Counted from the stretch's first letter, positions 19,366 to 30,146 are shown. The stretch: DNA of 64,000 nt from Candidatus Moraniibacteriota bacterium (GCA_027008775.1 JALVDV010000010.1:96529-160528); one strand, 5' to 3'. A program made the numbers and translations. The notes: generated by a model from the letters alone, not told the origin.

Positions 19366-20748
19366 TTAGTGTTGGCATTGATGAACATTCTTTTCGCCAC
19401 CCATCAACCAGGTAAATACTTTCTCGTTGGCCAGACTTCCTTTTACCGCCTCATAAATTCTTTGTACATCCAATTTGTCGGTGTCACGACCATAAAGAGC
19501 TTGTTGCTGAAGAATCTGATTAACCTTTTCTTCAATCTCCTTTTTGTCCGGTTCCAATTTGTTTTTTTCCGCCAAGTGTTTCAAAATCAGCGCCGCCCTT
19601 ACTCTGTCGGGAGCTTGTTTTTGACGCCATTGCTCTTTCAGCTTCTCTTCGCTGGTTTTAACCTGTTGAAAATATTGTTCTTTGTTGAGTCTCATTCGCA
19701 TCAAATCATTTTCCAATTCTCTCATCATAACCTTTATTTCATCTTCAATCAGAACGTCCGGTACCGGAAAGTCACTCTTGGCAATCAGGGCTTCAATCAA
19801 TTCTTTCTTCCATTGATCTTCTTTTTTGTGAATCAGTTCATGCTCCAGACCCTGCCTGATGTTTTCTTTAAGCTCGGCCAGACTTTTAAATTGGCCGATG
19901 CTCTTGGCAAATTCGTCATCTAAATCCGGTAGAATGCGTTCTTGGACCAAATTGACTTTGACTTTAAAAGTGGCTTTTTTGCCAGCCAAATGCTTGGCGT
20001 GGTAATCCTTGGGAAAAGTTAGTTCAAACTCCTTTTTATCGCCGGCTGCCAAACCGATTAACTGTTCTTCAAAGCCGGGGATGAAGCGATTGGCGCCGAT
20101 GACAACTGGTTGTTTACGAGCACTACCGCCTTCCACCAAAACTTTGTTCAGAAAAACATCAAAGTCAACTTCCACCTGGTCTCCTTTTTGCGCTTCCCGG
20201 TTAACGGTCACTAATTTAGCTCTTTGGTTTGCTAAAATTTCCAGCTCTTTTTTAATATCTTCTTCGGAAACTTCAATTTTCTGTTGACTGAACTTTTTGT
20301 TTATTTTATCTATCTCTTTTTGATAATCTTTCAATTTGACTTCCGGCAACAATTCCACCGTAGCCGTAAATTCCAAATCCTCCCCTTTCTTTATTTTTTT
20401 CAAATCTATTTTCGGTTCCCCAATAGCCGGAATGTTTGCGGAGACAATAGTGGAAACGTAGATTTTACGAATGGCCAAGTCACCGGCGTAGTAAAGCACT
20501 CTCTCCGGACCCAATTCTTTTTCGGCAATCTCCGCCGGTACTTTACCTTTGCGGAAACCGGCCACTTTTAAATCCTTACTTAATTCTTGTAAAGCTTGTT
20601 TGTAAAATTTGTTAAATTCTTTGGTCGGAACTTTAAAAACCAGTTCTCGTTTTGTTTCGGAAATTTTTTTGTTATCAATTAAAAAATCGTCTTTTTTTGC
20701 TTTATTTTCGTTGGCTTTTTTCTTGCTTTTCTTTTGAATGACACTCAT
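19366..20748 (-). CDS. tig: Trigger factor
   Basis: It has the trigger-factor N-terminal ribosome-binding domain, FKBP domain and C-terminal domain. Confidence 0.85.
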   Translation of the reverse strand: MSVIQKKSKKKANENKAKKDDFLIDNKKISETKRELVFKVPTKEFNKFYKQALQELSKDLKVAGFRKGKVPAEIAEKELGPERVLYYAGDLAIRKIYVSTIVSANIPAIGEPKIDLKKIKKGEDLEFTATVELLPEVKLKDYQKEIDKINKKFSQQKIEVSEEDIKKELEILANQRAKLVTVNREAQKGDQVEVDFDVFLNKVLVEGGSARKQPVVIGANRFIPGFEEQLIGLAAGDKKEFELTFPKDYHAKHLAGKKATFKVKVNLVQERILPDLDDEFAKSIGQFKSLAELKENIRQGLEHELIHKKEDQWKKELIEALIAKSDFPVPDVLIEDEIKVMMRELENDLMRMRLNKEQYFQQVKTSEEKLKEQWRQKQAPDRVRAALILKHLAEKNKLEPDKKEIEEKVNQILQQQALYGRDTDKLDVQRIYEAVKGSLANEKVFTWLMGGEKNVHQCQH

Positions 20749-20784
20749 TTGAATATTGGTTAATAATCTTTGGTTTAAAATGGT

Positions 20785-22443
20785 TTAGGCTTCAATAGCC
20801 TCTTCTTCTCTTTCTCTTGCTTCTTCTTTATTGGAAGAGTTTTTGGTTTCTTCTTTTTGTTTGGAGGATTTTTTGCTTAGTTTTTTCTCTTCTTCTTTCT
20901 TTGGGCTTGATTTCTCCTCTTCTTTTTCATCTGAACCTGTTTCGTTTTGGTCGTTTTCCGTCGTCACTTCCCCTTCTTCTTTTTCTATTTTCTTTGCTTC
21001 AGTTTTCTCGAGGGTCTCGGAATTTTCTTTTTCCTCCTTGCTATTTTTTTCGGCCTTTTTTTCTTTATCCTTATTTTCCGGAGTATCTTCCGCTTCTGTT
21101 TCTTCCTCAGCCAATTCGGCGTCGTCGGTGGTTTTCACCGCTTCAACGTTAATGTTCCAACCGGTTAGCTTAGCCGCCAGACGAACGTTTTGCCCCTTTT
21201 TGCCAATAGCCAGAGAAAGTTGGTCTTCAGTGACATAGGCGATAGCTTTTCTTTCTGGGGATTTTTCTTTATCATTACTTTTGTCTTCTAAGTTTTCTTC
21301 GGAATCTTCTTTAGCTTCCTTTTCTTCTTCTTTTTTATCGGAAGATTTTTCCGTTGAAGATTCTTCCGGAAGAAGTTCCACTTTCAATACCTTAGCCGGA
21401 GAAAGGGCCTGTGCAATCATCACTTCCGGATCATCAACCCACTCAATAATATCTATTTTCTCTCCATTCAACTCGTCTATGACCGCTTGTACTCTGGTAC
21501 CTTTCTGTCCAACACAAGAACCGATGGGGTCTATATCTTCGTCATGGGAAACAACGGCTATTTTAGAACGACTGCCGGCCTCCCGAGCGACAGCCTTGAT
21601 TTCTATGGTACCGGCAAAAATCTCGGGAACTTCCAACTCAAAAAGTTTGGCCAAAAGTTGCGGATGACGCCGGCTCAAAGTAATACCCAATGATCTGGTA
21701 TCGTGACTGACATCATCAATGTACAATTTTAATCTTTGACCAATACGGTAGTCTTCGCCGGGGATTTGCTCAGAAGGGAAAAGAATGCCGGTAGATTTAC
21801 CCAGATCAACAAAAACTTTACCGCCTTCTATCCGCTGAACAGTGCCGTTAACAATTTCCCCCTCTTTGCCTTTGAATTCTTCATACATTGATTCCCTTTC
21901 CGCTTCTCTGATTTTTTGAATGATAACTTGCTTGGCGGTTTGAGAAGCAATGCGTCCGTACTCGTCTTTGGCTTCCAAGGGAAATTCCAGATAGTCACCG
22001 ACTTTAATATCTTTGACTACTTTCTGGGCATCCTCCAGAAGGACATCTCTTTCCGGATTGAAACGGGGCAAGGAAATTTCACCTTCCTCTCCTTCGCCAC
22101 TCTCCTTTTGATGTTTTTCAATTTTCTCCTCACTGCGCCGAGCATTTTCCGGAACTTGGCGCGCTTCTTCAGTCAAGCTTTCCTCTTCAATATTTCTGGT
22201 CGTTTCGTCAACCACTTCTTTCAGCTGTTTGAAAGAAGTTTCACTAGTTTGCTCATCTATCTTGGCGATGATGATTTGCCCTTTGCGACCATAGTCTTTT
22301 TTATAAGCCGCCGCCAAAGCCGCTTCAATGGATTTAACCACCTTGTCTTTATCAATCCCCTTCTCCTCGCAGATTTGCGCAATGGCACTGCTGAATTGAC
22401 CCAAACTGGATTGGTCTTTAATAATTCTCGTTCGTTTTTCCAT
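20785..22443 (-). CDS. nusA: Transcription termination/antitermination factor NusA with a long Glu/Lys-rich C-terminal tail
   Basis: The S1 domain (GEIVNGTVQRIEGGKVFVDLG) and KH domains (IDPIGSCVGQKGTRVQ) are present. Confidence 0.88.
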   Translation of the reverse strand: MEKRTRIIKDQSSLGQFSSAIAQICEEKGIDKDKVVKSIEAALAAAYKKDYGRKGQIIIAKIDEQTSETSFKQLKEVVDETTRNIEEESLTEEARQVPENARRSEEKIEKHQKESGEGEEGEISLPRFNPERDVLLEDAQKVVKDIKVGDYLEFPLEAKDEYGRIASQTAKQVIIQKIREAERESMYEEFKGKEGEIVNGTVQRIEGGKVFVDLGKSTGILFPSEQIPGEDYRIGQRLKLYIDDVSHDTRSLGITLSRRHPQLLAKLFELEVPEIFAGTIEIKAVAREAGSRSKIAVVSHDEDIDPIGSCVGQKGTRVQAVIDELNGEKIDIIEWVDDPEVMIAQALSPAKVLKVELLPEESSTEKSSDKKEEEKEAKEDSEENLEDKSNDKEKSPERKAIAYVTEDQLSLAIGKKGQNVRLAAKLTGWNINVEAVKTTDDAELAEEETEAEDTPENKDKEKKAEKNSKEEKENSETLEKTEAKKIEKEEGEVTTENDQNETGSDEKEEEKSSPKKEEEKKLSKKSSKQKEETKNSSNKEEAREREEEAIEA

Positions 22444-22520
22444 AAATTTATTCTTTAAATTTAAAAAAAAATTTCCGCCACCACCATGACCGAAATTTCT
22501 CCTCTTCTCTAACGGTATTT

Positions 22521-22548
22521 ATTATATAATAAATTTCAAAAATGTCAA
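22521..22548 (-). promoter_or_regulatory. Putative nusA promoter TTGACA-N16-TATAAT
   Basis: Consensus hexamers lie on the minus strand about 75 nt upstream of the nusA ATG. Confidence 0.4.
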
Positions 22549-22583
22549 TTGATTGTAGATATAGGTTTGTTTTTATTGTGATT

Positions 22584-22620
22584 TTTTGTGTTTGACCCCG
22601 GCAACCGAAGGTTGCCGGGG
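22584..22620. repeat. Perfect 17-bp inverted repeat with a 3-nt loop
   Basis: The sequence is GTTTGACCCCGGCAACC-gaa-GGTTGCCGGGGTCAAAC. A second hairpin (AATAGGCA…TGCCTATT) plus a T-run follows on the + strand. Confidence 0.9.
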
Positions 22621-22724
22621 TCAAACTTTCAATAGGCATTTGCTTGCCTATTTTTTTTATTGGGTTACAATTTTGGTTAGAGGTTTAATTCGGATAGAAG
22701 TTTAAAAATTGACATTTATTTTTT

Positions 22725-23795
22725 ATGAAGGCTTTGATTTTAAGTGGAGGGAAAGGCACTCGTTTGCGACCCTTAACTCACACCGGCGCTAAACAACTGG
22801 TACCAATTGCCAATAAGCCAATTATTTTCTACGTCATTGAAAATATTGTGGCTACCGGTATTAAAGATATTGGCATTATTATTTCTCCAGAAACGGGTGA
22901 AGAGGTTAAACAAACGGTTGGCAACGGACGACGATGGGGAGTAAACATCCAGTACATCTTGCAACCGGAACCAAAAGGGTTGGCTCACGCCGTTAAGGTA
23001 GCCAAGAAATTTTTGGGAAATTCGTCTTTTTTGATGTATTTGGGGGACAATCTCTTGGGAGCTGATATTGAAGAATTTCGGCGAAAATTTGTCACAGAGA
23101 AACCGGAGGCCTTAATTCTTTTGAAGAGGGTGGAAAATCCTTCCAGCTTTGGGGTGGCAGAAGTTGATAAAAAGGGACAGGTAAAAAAATTGGAAGAAAA
23201 GCCGGCTAAGCCAAAGTCTGATTTAGCTTTGATCGGTGTTTATTTGTTTTCCCCGGAAATTCACAAAGTTATTAAAACATTAAAACCATCCCCGAGAGGA
23301 GAATTGGAAATAACCGACGCCATTCAACAGTTAATTAGACAGAAGAAAAGGGTCGCCAGCTATATCGTAGATAGTTGGTGGTTGGATACAGGTAAAAAAG
23401 ATGATTTATTGAAAGCAAACACCGTTGTCTTGGATGAAAGGATTAAGAGAAATATAGAGGGTAAAGTTGATGGGGAAAGTCTTGTGACCGGAAGAGTAAT
23501 TTTGCCTAAAAGCGCGCAAGTAATAAACAGTGAAATCAGGGGACCGGTAGTTATTGGTGAAAAAACGGTAATCAAAGATTCTTTTGTTGGACCTTTTACC
23601 AGCATCGGCTCAGAAGTGAAGGTTGAAAAAGCAAATATTGAACATTGTGTCATTTTGGACGATTGCCGAATCAAAAAAATTGACAATTTGCAAGACAGCT
23701 TGATTGGCAAAAGGTCTGTAGTAAAGAAAAATGACCGCAAACGTCAAAATTTCTTGCGAGTCAGCTTGGGAGATGATTCAGTGGTGGAAATTTAG
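22725..23795 (+). CDS. Sugar-phosphate nucleotidyltransferase (long-form glucose-1-phosphate thymidylyl/uridylyltransferase-like) with a C-terminal left-handed beta-helix
   Basis: An N-terminal GGKGTRLRPLT nucleotide-binding motif is present, followed by C-terminal hexapeptide-like repeats. Confidence 0.75.
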   Translation: MKALILSGGKGTRLRPLTHTGAKQLVPIANKPIIFYVIENIVATGIKDIGIIISPETGEEVKQTVGNGRRWGVNIQYILQPEPKGLAHAVKVAKKFLGNSSFLMYLGDNLLGADIEEFRRKFVTEKPEALILLKRVENPSSFGVAEVDKKGQVKKLEEKPAKPKSDLALIGVYLFSPEIHKVIKTLKPSPRGELEITDAIQQLIRQKKRVASYIVDSWWLDTGKKDDLLKANTVVLDERIKRNIEGKVDGESLVTGRVILPKSAQVINSEIRGPVVIGEKTVIKDSFVGPFTSIGSEVKVEKANIEHCVILDDCRIKKIDNLQDSLIGKRSVVKKNDRKRQNFLRVSLGDDSVVEI

Positions 23796-23885
23796 TAAAT
23801 GGAAAGTTTTTTAATATGTGTTTTGCTCTAACGGAAGTTTGCTTTTGTTAACTTAAATAAGTTTTATTAGATTGGACAGGAAACC

Positions 23886-23910
23886 AAAAAACCGCCGGAG
23901 GCGGTTTTTT
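23886..23910. terminator. Bidirectional terminator
   Basis: The hairpin AAAAAACCGCC-gga-GGCGGTTTTTT lies between convergent genes. Confidence 0.75.
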
Positions 23911-23947
23911 GGCGGAATTAAGAGCAAATCAACTCTTGAAACAAAAT

Positions 23948-25006
23948 CTAAAAAATATTTTCTTCCTCCACTTTTTTGTTAACCTCTTTGAGAATTTGTC
24001 TGGCCAGTTTCTTGTTTTCTCGCAGGAATTTTTTGGCCGCTTCTCTTCCCTGACCGAGCTTTTCTTTTTGGTATTGGAACCAAGCGCCGGCTTTTTTAAC
24101 CACCCCAAATTTGGTGGCCAGGTCCAGCAAATCTCCCTCGTAGGAAATTCCTTGATTGTACATAATATCAAATTCAGTATTTTGAAAAGGCGGAGCCACT
24201 TTATTCTTGACCACCTTGGCTTTTACTCGATTACCGATAACCTGATCACCTTTTTTAATTTGGGCGGCGCGACGAACTTCAATCCGAACGGAAGCGTAAA
24301 ATTTAAGAGCGTTTCCACCGGTGGTCGTTTCCGGATTGCCAAACATCACTCCGATTTTCATTCGGACCTGGTTGATAAAAATGACGGTGGCGTTGCTTTT
24401 AGCAATAGCGCTGGTCAGCTTCCGCAAAGCTTGAGACATCAATCTGGCCTGCAAGCCCATATGACTCTGACCCATATCCCCTTCTATTTCCGCTTGGGGA
24501 GTGAGAGCGGCCACCGAATCAACCACCACCACATCAACGGCGCCGGAACGTACCAATGTTTCCACAATTTCCAAAGCCTGTTCACCGGTATCCGGTTGGG
24601 AAATCAATAAGTCATCCACTTTGACGCCCAATTTTTTGGCATAGACCGGGTCAAGAGCGTGTTCAGCGTCAACGAAAGCGGCCACTCCGCCGGCCTTTTG
24701 AGCGTTGGCTACCACATGCAAAGAAAGCGTTGTCTTGCCTGATGATTCCGGCCCGTAAATTTCTATAATTCTACCGCGAGGAATTCCACCAATTCCCAAG
24801 GCCAAATCCAGAGAAGGTGAACCGGTGGAAATGGAGGCGACATCCACTTTCTTGGCATCGCCCAATTTCATAATTGAACCTTCACCGAATTTGCCTTGTA
24901 TTTCTCCCAGAATCTCTTCAACCTTCTTTTTTGTTTCCGGAACTTTTTTGGAACCTCCTTGTTCGGCAGTTTTTTTGCCAACTCTTTGTTTTTTACTTTT
25001 TGCCAT
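23948..25006 (-). CDS. recA: Recombinase RecA with a Lys-rich N-terminal extension
   Basis: The Walker A motif (GPESSGKTT) and RecA core are present. Confidence 0.95.
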   Translation of the reverse strand: MAKSKKQRVGKKTAEQGGSKKVPETKKKVEEILGEIQGKFGEGSIMKLGDAKKVDVASISTGSPSLDLALGIGGIPRGRIIEIYGPESSGKTTLSLHVVANAQKAGGVAAFVDAEHALDPVYAKKLGVKVDDLLISQPDTGEQALEIVETLVRSGAVDVVVVDSVAALTPQAEIEGDMGQSHMGLQARLMSQALRKLTSAIAKSNATVIFINQVRMKIGVMFGNPETTTGGNALKFYASVRIEVRRAAQIKKGDQVIGNRVKAKVVKNKVAPPFQNTEFDIMYNQGISYEGDLLDLATKFGVVKKAGAWFQYQKEKLGQGREAAKKFLRENKKLARQILKEVNKKVEEENIF

Positions 25007-25074
25007 ATTTTTCTATCCCCCTGTTTATTTAGAACTTAACATTTTTATTGTACATAATTTATTGCCAAATGCAA

Positions 25075-26130
25075 CTATTGTTTGTCTGGCTTTGAAGAAT
25101 TTTCCCTCTCCCTCGATTGTTCGTTCCCGGTATTCTCGGCAATGTTTCTGCTGAAAACAACGTCTCTGATAACACCGGGGATGTCGGCCAACGGATGGAA
25201 CTCCTGGGAGTTGCCTTCTTTAATCAGAGTTTTATTGGCCATTCCGGAGGTAACTTTAATTTCCTTTTCAGCCACAAAGCTCTCTTCAGTGCCGGGTAAC
25301 ATAGTGCCGGAATATTTTTTCTCGCCATCAACTTTTACTGACAACCAAACCGGTGAATCCTGAGCTCTAATGGTTAGTCTAATCTTATCATCAGCCGGTT
25401 TGGTCTGCCCCTGCTCTGAGCTTATTTGCTCCCGGTTAAGATATTTTTGTTTGTCATAGCGAGCAGAAACATGAATTTTCTGTTCACTTTCTTTGCCAAA
25501 TTTATTTTTGGCTTTTATCACCAACTCGTTTAAACCGACGCGCAGAGAAACGCGTTCTCTAAATTTACCGCTTTCATCAACAAAAATATTTTTGCCGTTT
25601 AAACTGACAGTGTTGCCCACGTCGGTAACACCACTGACTTCCGTGGAGCTGTTTTTGATTACAGAATTGTTGAGAGGTTTGTAAACCAGGAGCCGAGGCG
25701 TTTCCGAAAATTTGCCGGCTTCCACGTAGAAATACCAGGCCAGAGCGATGAAAAACAAACCGAAAAGCAGGCTGATTATTAATTTAAGAGGCAAGATTAT
25801 CACCGGCAATTTGATTTTGCCGGACGGTTGACTGGGCCGGTCCTTTTCTTTGATATTGCGGAAAATTTTCTTTTCCTTGTCGTAGATCCTTAAAACATCC
25901 TCTTCTCTGATTGACAAGAAATCGGCATAGTTTTTTAAAAAACCTCGGACATAAACTTCCGCCGGCAGTTTGTCATATTGGCCAGCCTCCAGATAGCGTA
26001 AATATTTTAAGTTGATTTTGGTTACCTTGGCCGCTTCTTCAATGGAAAACCCTTTTCTTTCTCTGATTTCAGCCAGTCTTTCCCCCAAGTGCTTGGTATG
26101 TATTTCCTTTTTACTGAATGAATTCATCAT
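25075..26130 (-). CDS. rodZ: RodZ-like protein (XRE HTH, one TM segment, DUF4115-like C-domain)
   Basis: An N-terminal HTH (LGERLAEIRERKGFSIEEAAKVTKI) is followed by a TM segment and a C-terminal beta-domain. Confidence 0.6.
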   Translation of the reverse strand: MMNSFSKKEIHTKHLGERLAEIRERKGFSIEEAAKVTKINLKYLRYLEAGQYDKLPAEVYVRGFLKNYADFLSIREEDVLRIYDKEKKIFRNIKEKDRPSQPSGKIKLPVIILPLKLIISLLFGLFFIALAWYFYVEAGKFSETPRLLVYKPLNNSVIKNSSTEVSGVTDVGNTVSLNGKNIFVDESGKFRERVSLRVGLNELVIKAKNKFGKESEQKIHVSARYDKQKYLNREQISSEQGQTKPADDKIRLTIRAQDSPVWLSVKVDGEKKYSGTMLPGTEESFVAEKEIKVTSGMANKTLIKEGNSQEFHPLADIPGVIRDVVFSRNIAENTGNEQSRERENSSKPDKQ

Positions 26131-26141
26131 AACTCAGCTGA

Positions 26142-28085
26142 TTATTCTTCGGCCGGCGCCACTTCCGCATTGGTTAGATTTCGGATTATTCTTGAGGTGA
26201 CTCGCCCCAGATTGAATTGGATCGACTGTTTGGTAAAAGTATCCCGACCGGAAACTTTAATATTACTCATTAAAAGTAATTCCTGTCCGGCTTGATTGTC
26301 GGAAGGAATTGTCTTGACAATAAATTCCGCTTGACGAGGAGGTTGGCCATCGTAACCGGTGCCGGCCTTGAGAACACCGAGTAGCCAATTTAGGTTGTTG
26401 CCCCGCTCATTGAAATTAAGATTGTCTGATTTGGGTTCCACTTGTCTGACCCAAGAAATGCCGGCGGGAAAATCAGCTGTCAATTTTACTTCTTTTAAGT
26501 CGCTGGTGGTGTTGAACAACTGTAAAACAAGCCTGATGTTTAATTCTTGCCCAACTTTTAACCTGCTGATTTCTTGACCATTGTTATCCTCCGGTAAAAT
26601 TTTGGCTTGAACCTGAAAGTTGACAACGGAGTTAATAAGGGTAACCAATTTTTTGGAAATTATTCTCTTATTTTCGTAAAAGGGGGAGTCTATATCCAAA
26701 CTTTCCATTTCGGAAAAAATGCTGAGCGAAGGATTTTTATTTTCGCCTTGTTGGAAAGGTATCGGTCGTTGCACTCTTAATTTAAATTTGAGCTGACCAC
26801 TCTCCCCCGGCTCCAGGCTGGCCAACTGCTTGTTGTCACCGGCTTTCCAAATCAGCATATTTTTTTCTCTGTCAAAATATCCTCCTTGAGAACGAATTTC
26901 CGAAGGCACTATGTATTTTGCAGGTAAATGAGTTTTTAGAACCAAGTTTTTTAAAGCAACCGAGGAATTATTCTTAAAAATTATTTTGTATTCTATTGAA
27001 TCTCCGGGATTAACCACTCGTTGCTCCGTTTCTTGTCGTATTAGTAATTTGGGAGGTGTCACTCCAAAACTTTTCTCGCCGATGAAAAATACTTGTCGCA
27101 GATTGTCTTTATTTAGAAGAGTAACTTTTATTTTGCCAACTGTCTCCGTTGAGTTAACGATTTGGCCAACAACTTGCAGTTCTTTTTCTTCGTTGGCGCC
27201 AATGAAATCAATCCGCCATTCCCGGCCATCTGCGCTCAAGCGACCGCTGTCTATCGCCTCTTTGTTTTCTTCCTTGGAGAAAGAAAAGGCTTCTGGATAT
27301 TCTATTTTTAACAACAAATTGCTTTTAGACTGACTGTTTTCATTTTTTATCTTGAATTTCACTTTAATTATTTCTCCACTACTAACCGCGGTCGGTAAAG
27401 TAATTAAGACACCCAAGTTGCTCTTTGACAGCTCAACAACTTTTTCAGCTTGACTGACAAATTTGCTGCTAATATTTTCCGGGCGATATCTGAATTCGGC
27501 CCTAAGCGCTTGCTGATTGGCACTACTGTAATCGATATCAAAATCAAGAATGTAACTTTTTTCTTGATACTTAGGGATTTTTTCAATAATTATTTTGGGG
27601 CCGGTGAGACTGTTTTGGTCAATTATGGAGTCGTTTTTGAGTTTAAAGTTGGAGGGGAAGTTCAGAGACAGGACACCCTTTTGCAAAGCAACACGATTGC
27701 TGTTTTTTACAGTCACTTTATAGCTAACCGAATCTCCGACGGCAATTTTGGTCGGACCATTGATAAAGACTTGAACTTTGTCTTCACTAAAGGCGCTGTT
27801 TTTAATCCGAGTGTAAATGATGCCCAATAAAGCAATGATTGCCACCAAAGCAATCGCAACAGCCCCAATCAGAACATAAAGTTTTTTCTTCCGAGCATCT
27901 TCTTTTAGCAACTCTTCCGCCGCTCGTTGCTCGGCAACTATTTCATCGGTTATTTTTTTAAATCTTTGCTTGTCAGTCAGGCCGGCTTTGTCAACTTCGT
28001 AAATGTCGTCGGTAATATGCCGGTTTTCCAAATCTTTCTGTTTTCTCTTGCGAAAAATTTTGTTTAGTACTTCTCTCAGCCTCAT
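26142..28085 (-). CDS. Membrane-anchored protein with multiple DUF11/CARDB-like repeats
   Basis: It has a cytoplasmic N-terminus, one TM segment, and then repeated roughly 110-aa beta-sandwich-like units. Confidence 0.5.
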   Translation of the reverse strand: MRLREVLNKIFRKRKQKDLENRHITDDIYEVDKAGLTDKQRFKKITDEIVAEQRAAEELLKEDARKKKLYVLIGAVAIALVAIIALLGIIYTRIKNSAFSEDKVQVFINGPTKIAVGDSVSYKVTVKNSNRVALQKGVLSLNFPSNFKLKNDSIIDQNSLTGPKIIIEKIPKYQEKSYILDFDIDYSSANQQALRAEFRYRPENISSKFVSQAEKVVELSKSNLGVLITLPTAVSSGEIIKVKFKIKNENSQSKSNLLLKIEYPEAFSFSKEENKEAIDSGRLSADGREWRIDFIGANEEKELQVVGQIVNSTETVGKIKVTLLNKDNLRQVFFIGEKSFGVTPPKLLIRQETEQRVVNPGDSIEYKIIFKNNSSVALKNLVLKTHLPAKYIVPSEIRSQGGYFDREKNMLIWKAGDNKQLASLEPGESGQLKFKLRVQRPIPFQQGENKNPSLSIFSEMESLDIDSPFYENKRIISKKLVTLINSVVNFQVQAKILPEDNNGQEISRLKVGQELNIRLVLQLFNTTSDLKEVKLTADFPAGISWVRQVEPKSDNLNFNERGNNLNWLLGVLKAGTGYDGQPPRQAEFIVKTIPSDNQAGQELLLMSNIKVSGRDTFTKQSIQFNLGRVTSRIIRNLTNAEVAPAEE

Positions 28086-28274
28086 TTAATTTGATTAGAT
28101 TTTAGATACTGTTTTACACAAAAAAATCGTCTGATATTTGAAATTATAGCACAGAAAAGAAGAATAAAACAGTGGGCAAAAGAATAGGAAGATAAAGAAA
28201 AAGTTGCCGGTTCAGTCTTGTTTTGGAAGCAATGAAAATAAAAGAAAGGGATTCTTTTTGAACTTGACCGAAAA

Positions 28275-29015
28275 TCAAATAACAACTTTTTTATCCAAGA
28301 TTCTTTCCAAATTGATTTTGGTAAATTGTTTGAGATTTAATAAATCTTTATTTCCGATTTTTATTTTGGCGACAGCCGATATATCTTGACTGACAAAGAA
28401 TTTTATCAATTTGATAGTGTTTTTGTGAAGTTTAAACTTAAAATCATTCCTTTTTTGACAACCGCAACTTATTCCCTGACTAATGTAAAAATCGTAAAAA
28501 TCTTTCTCTGTAATTTTTTGCTGGCAGAAAATACAATGGTTGAGACGAGGAAAATAACCGCTGTAGAAAATCACTTTCCAAAAGAAACTTAATTGGGCCA
28601 GTTTGGCAGGAGTTTGTTCAAAATTTGCAGCTGAAGTTGACAGTTTGTCCAAGAATCTTAAAAAATCCTTAAGAGCCAGAAAAATTTCTTGACTGCGCAG
28701 GTCAAACTCCACCAACTTGTCCAGAATTTCTATGGTTCCCTTGCTGAGAAGCAGGGCGTCAAGATTCCTTTTTATTTTTAGATAAGGCTTGAGGGTAATG
28801 GCGCCCTTAACCCTGTCCAAAGAACGGCATTTTACCAAAAAAAGTTCCGACTCGGTGAGTGGCTCCAAACTGGAAGCCAGTTTTGCTTTCATTTTACGTA
28901 CACCCAAGGCGGAGATTAACATTTTACCGAATTCTTTGGAATAAATTGAGTAGATTCTATTGTATTCTTTTGATTTCCAAGATTTCAAAATGATAACTTC
29001 TGTTTTTACTTCCAT
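28275..29015 (-). CDS. recO: DNA repair protein RecO
   Basis: The RecO N-terminal OB fold is followed by a C-terminal Zn motif (CIFCQ…CGCQ). Confidence 0.8.
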   Translation of the reverse strand: MEVKTEVIILKSWKSKEYNRIYSIYSKEFGKMLISALGVRKMKAKLASSLEPLTESELFLVKCRSLDRVKGAITLKPYLKIKRNLDALLLSKGTIEILDKLVEFDLRSQEIFLALKDFLRFLDKLSTSAANFEQTPAKLAQLSFFWKVIFYSGYFPRLNHCIFCQQKITEKDFYDFYISQGISCGCQKRNDFKFKLHKNTIKLIKFFVSQDISAVAKIKIGNKDLLNLKQFTKINLERILDKKVVI

Positions 29016-29114
29016 AAATTTTGTTTTTACTCTTGAGGAATAACGGTCTGCTTTTGACTAAGCGAAGAATAATTACTATACTTAACCTGAAGATTATTTT
29101 TAAAATATCCGATT

Positions 29115-30128
29115 ATGTCTAAGAAAATCTTTTTTTCCGGGGTTCAACCTTCAGGCAATTTGCATTTGGGAAACTATCTCGGTTCAATCAAAAACTGGGT
29201 TGACATCCAAGATGAATATCAAGCCATTTGTTGCGTGGTAAATCTGCACGCCATAACTGTACCACAAGATCCATCGGAATTGAAGAAAAAAACGATAGAA
29301 GTGGCCAAGCTTTACTTGGCCAGTGGTCTTGACCCGGAAAAAGTTATCATTTTTCGCCAATCAGACGTTCCTCAGCACACCGAGTTGATGTGGTTATTGA
29401 ACACTATCACCAAGACCGGTGAATTGTTCAAAATGACTCAGTTCAAGGACAAGTCCGGCATTCAAGAAAACGGAGTAACAGAAAAAATCAGTGTGGGCGC
29501 CGGTTTGTTAAACTATCCGATCTTAATGGCGGCGGATATTTTGCTCTATGATACCGACTTGGTTCCGGTGGGAGAAGACCAAACTCAACACCTGGAATTG
29601 ACCAAAACTTTGGCTCGTCGCTTTAATAATCGTTTTGCCAAAGAAAGAGCGCTTCTGAAAATTCCGGAGATTTTTGTTTCCAAGATTGGCAAAAAGATTA
29701 TGTCCTTAACCGAACCAAATAAAAAAATGTCCAAGTCAGCCGAATCACCCAACAGCAGAATTGAATTATTGGATAAGCCCGAGGTTGTTCGCAAGAAAAT
29801 TATGCGAGCCGTTACCGATAGTGAAAATAAAATTTATTATAGTGACAAAAAAGAAAAAGCCGGCTTAAGAAATCTGCTGAATATTTTCTCTATAATCACA
29901 GGCAAAGCTCCGGAGGAAATAGCTGTTGATTATCAAGACAAGGGTTACGGTGATTTGAAAAAAGATTTAGCCGAGGAACTGGTGGAATATCTTAAACCTA
30001 TCCAAAAAAAGTTTTCCGAGATTAGCGACGAAGAGGTTTTGGATATTTTTGAAAAAAGCAAGAGAACTTTAATTCCCCGAGCGGAAAGGAAAATAACTGA
30101 GCTAAATCGGGCAATGGGGTTGGAATAA
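29115..30128 (+). CDS. trpS: Tryptophan--tRNA ligase
   Basis: The class I HIGH-type motif (PSGNLHLGN) and KMSKS motif are present. Confidence 0.92.
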   Translation: MSKKIFFSGVQPSGNLHLGNYLGSIKNWVDIQDEYQAICCVVNLHAITVPQDPSELKKKTIEVAKLYLASGLDPEKVIIFRQSDVPQHTELMWLLNTITKTGELFKMTQFKDKSGIQENGVTEKISVGAGLLNYPILMAADILLYDTDLVPVGEDQTQHLELTKTLARRFNNRFAKERALLKIPEIFVSKIGKKIMSLTEPNKKMSKSAESPNSRIELLDKPEVVRKKIMRAVTDSENKIYYSDKKEKAGLRNLLNIFSIITGKAPEEIAVDYQDKGYGDLKKDLAEELVEYLKPIQKKFSEISDEEVLDIFEKSKRTLIPRAERKITELNRAMGLE

Positions 30129-30146
30129 ACATTTGCGGGAACAAAC

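Noticed and set aside
20817-21693. Several plus-strand ORFs of 70-135 aa (20817-21152, 20831-21238, 20947-21168, 21281-21667)
   Set aside because: They run antisense to the low-complexity Glu/Lys-rich tail of nusA. Their Ser/Phe/Leu-rich translations are a compositional mirror artefact.
22584-22620. The 17-bp palindrome as a simple intrinsic terminator
   Set aside because: No U-tract follows it on either strand and no convergent gene ends here. It is kept as a regulatory or sRNA candidate instead.
22448-22639. 63-aa minus-strand ORF in the nusA upstream region
   Set aside because: It spans the palindrome and terminator structures and the putative nusA promoter. It has no SD and is more likely non-coding.
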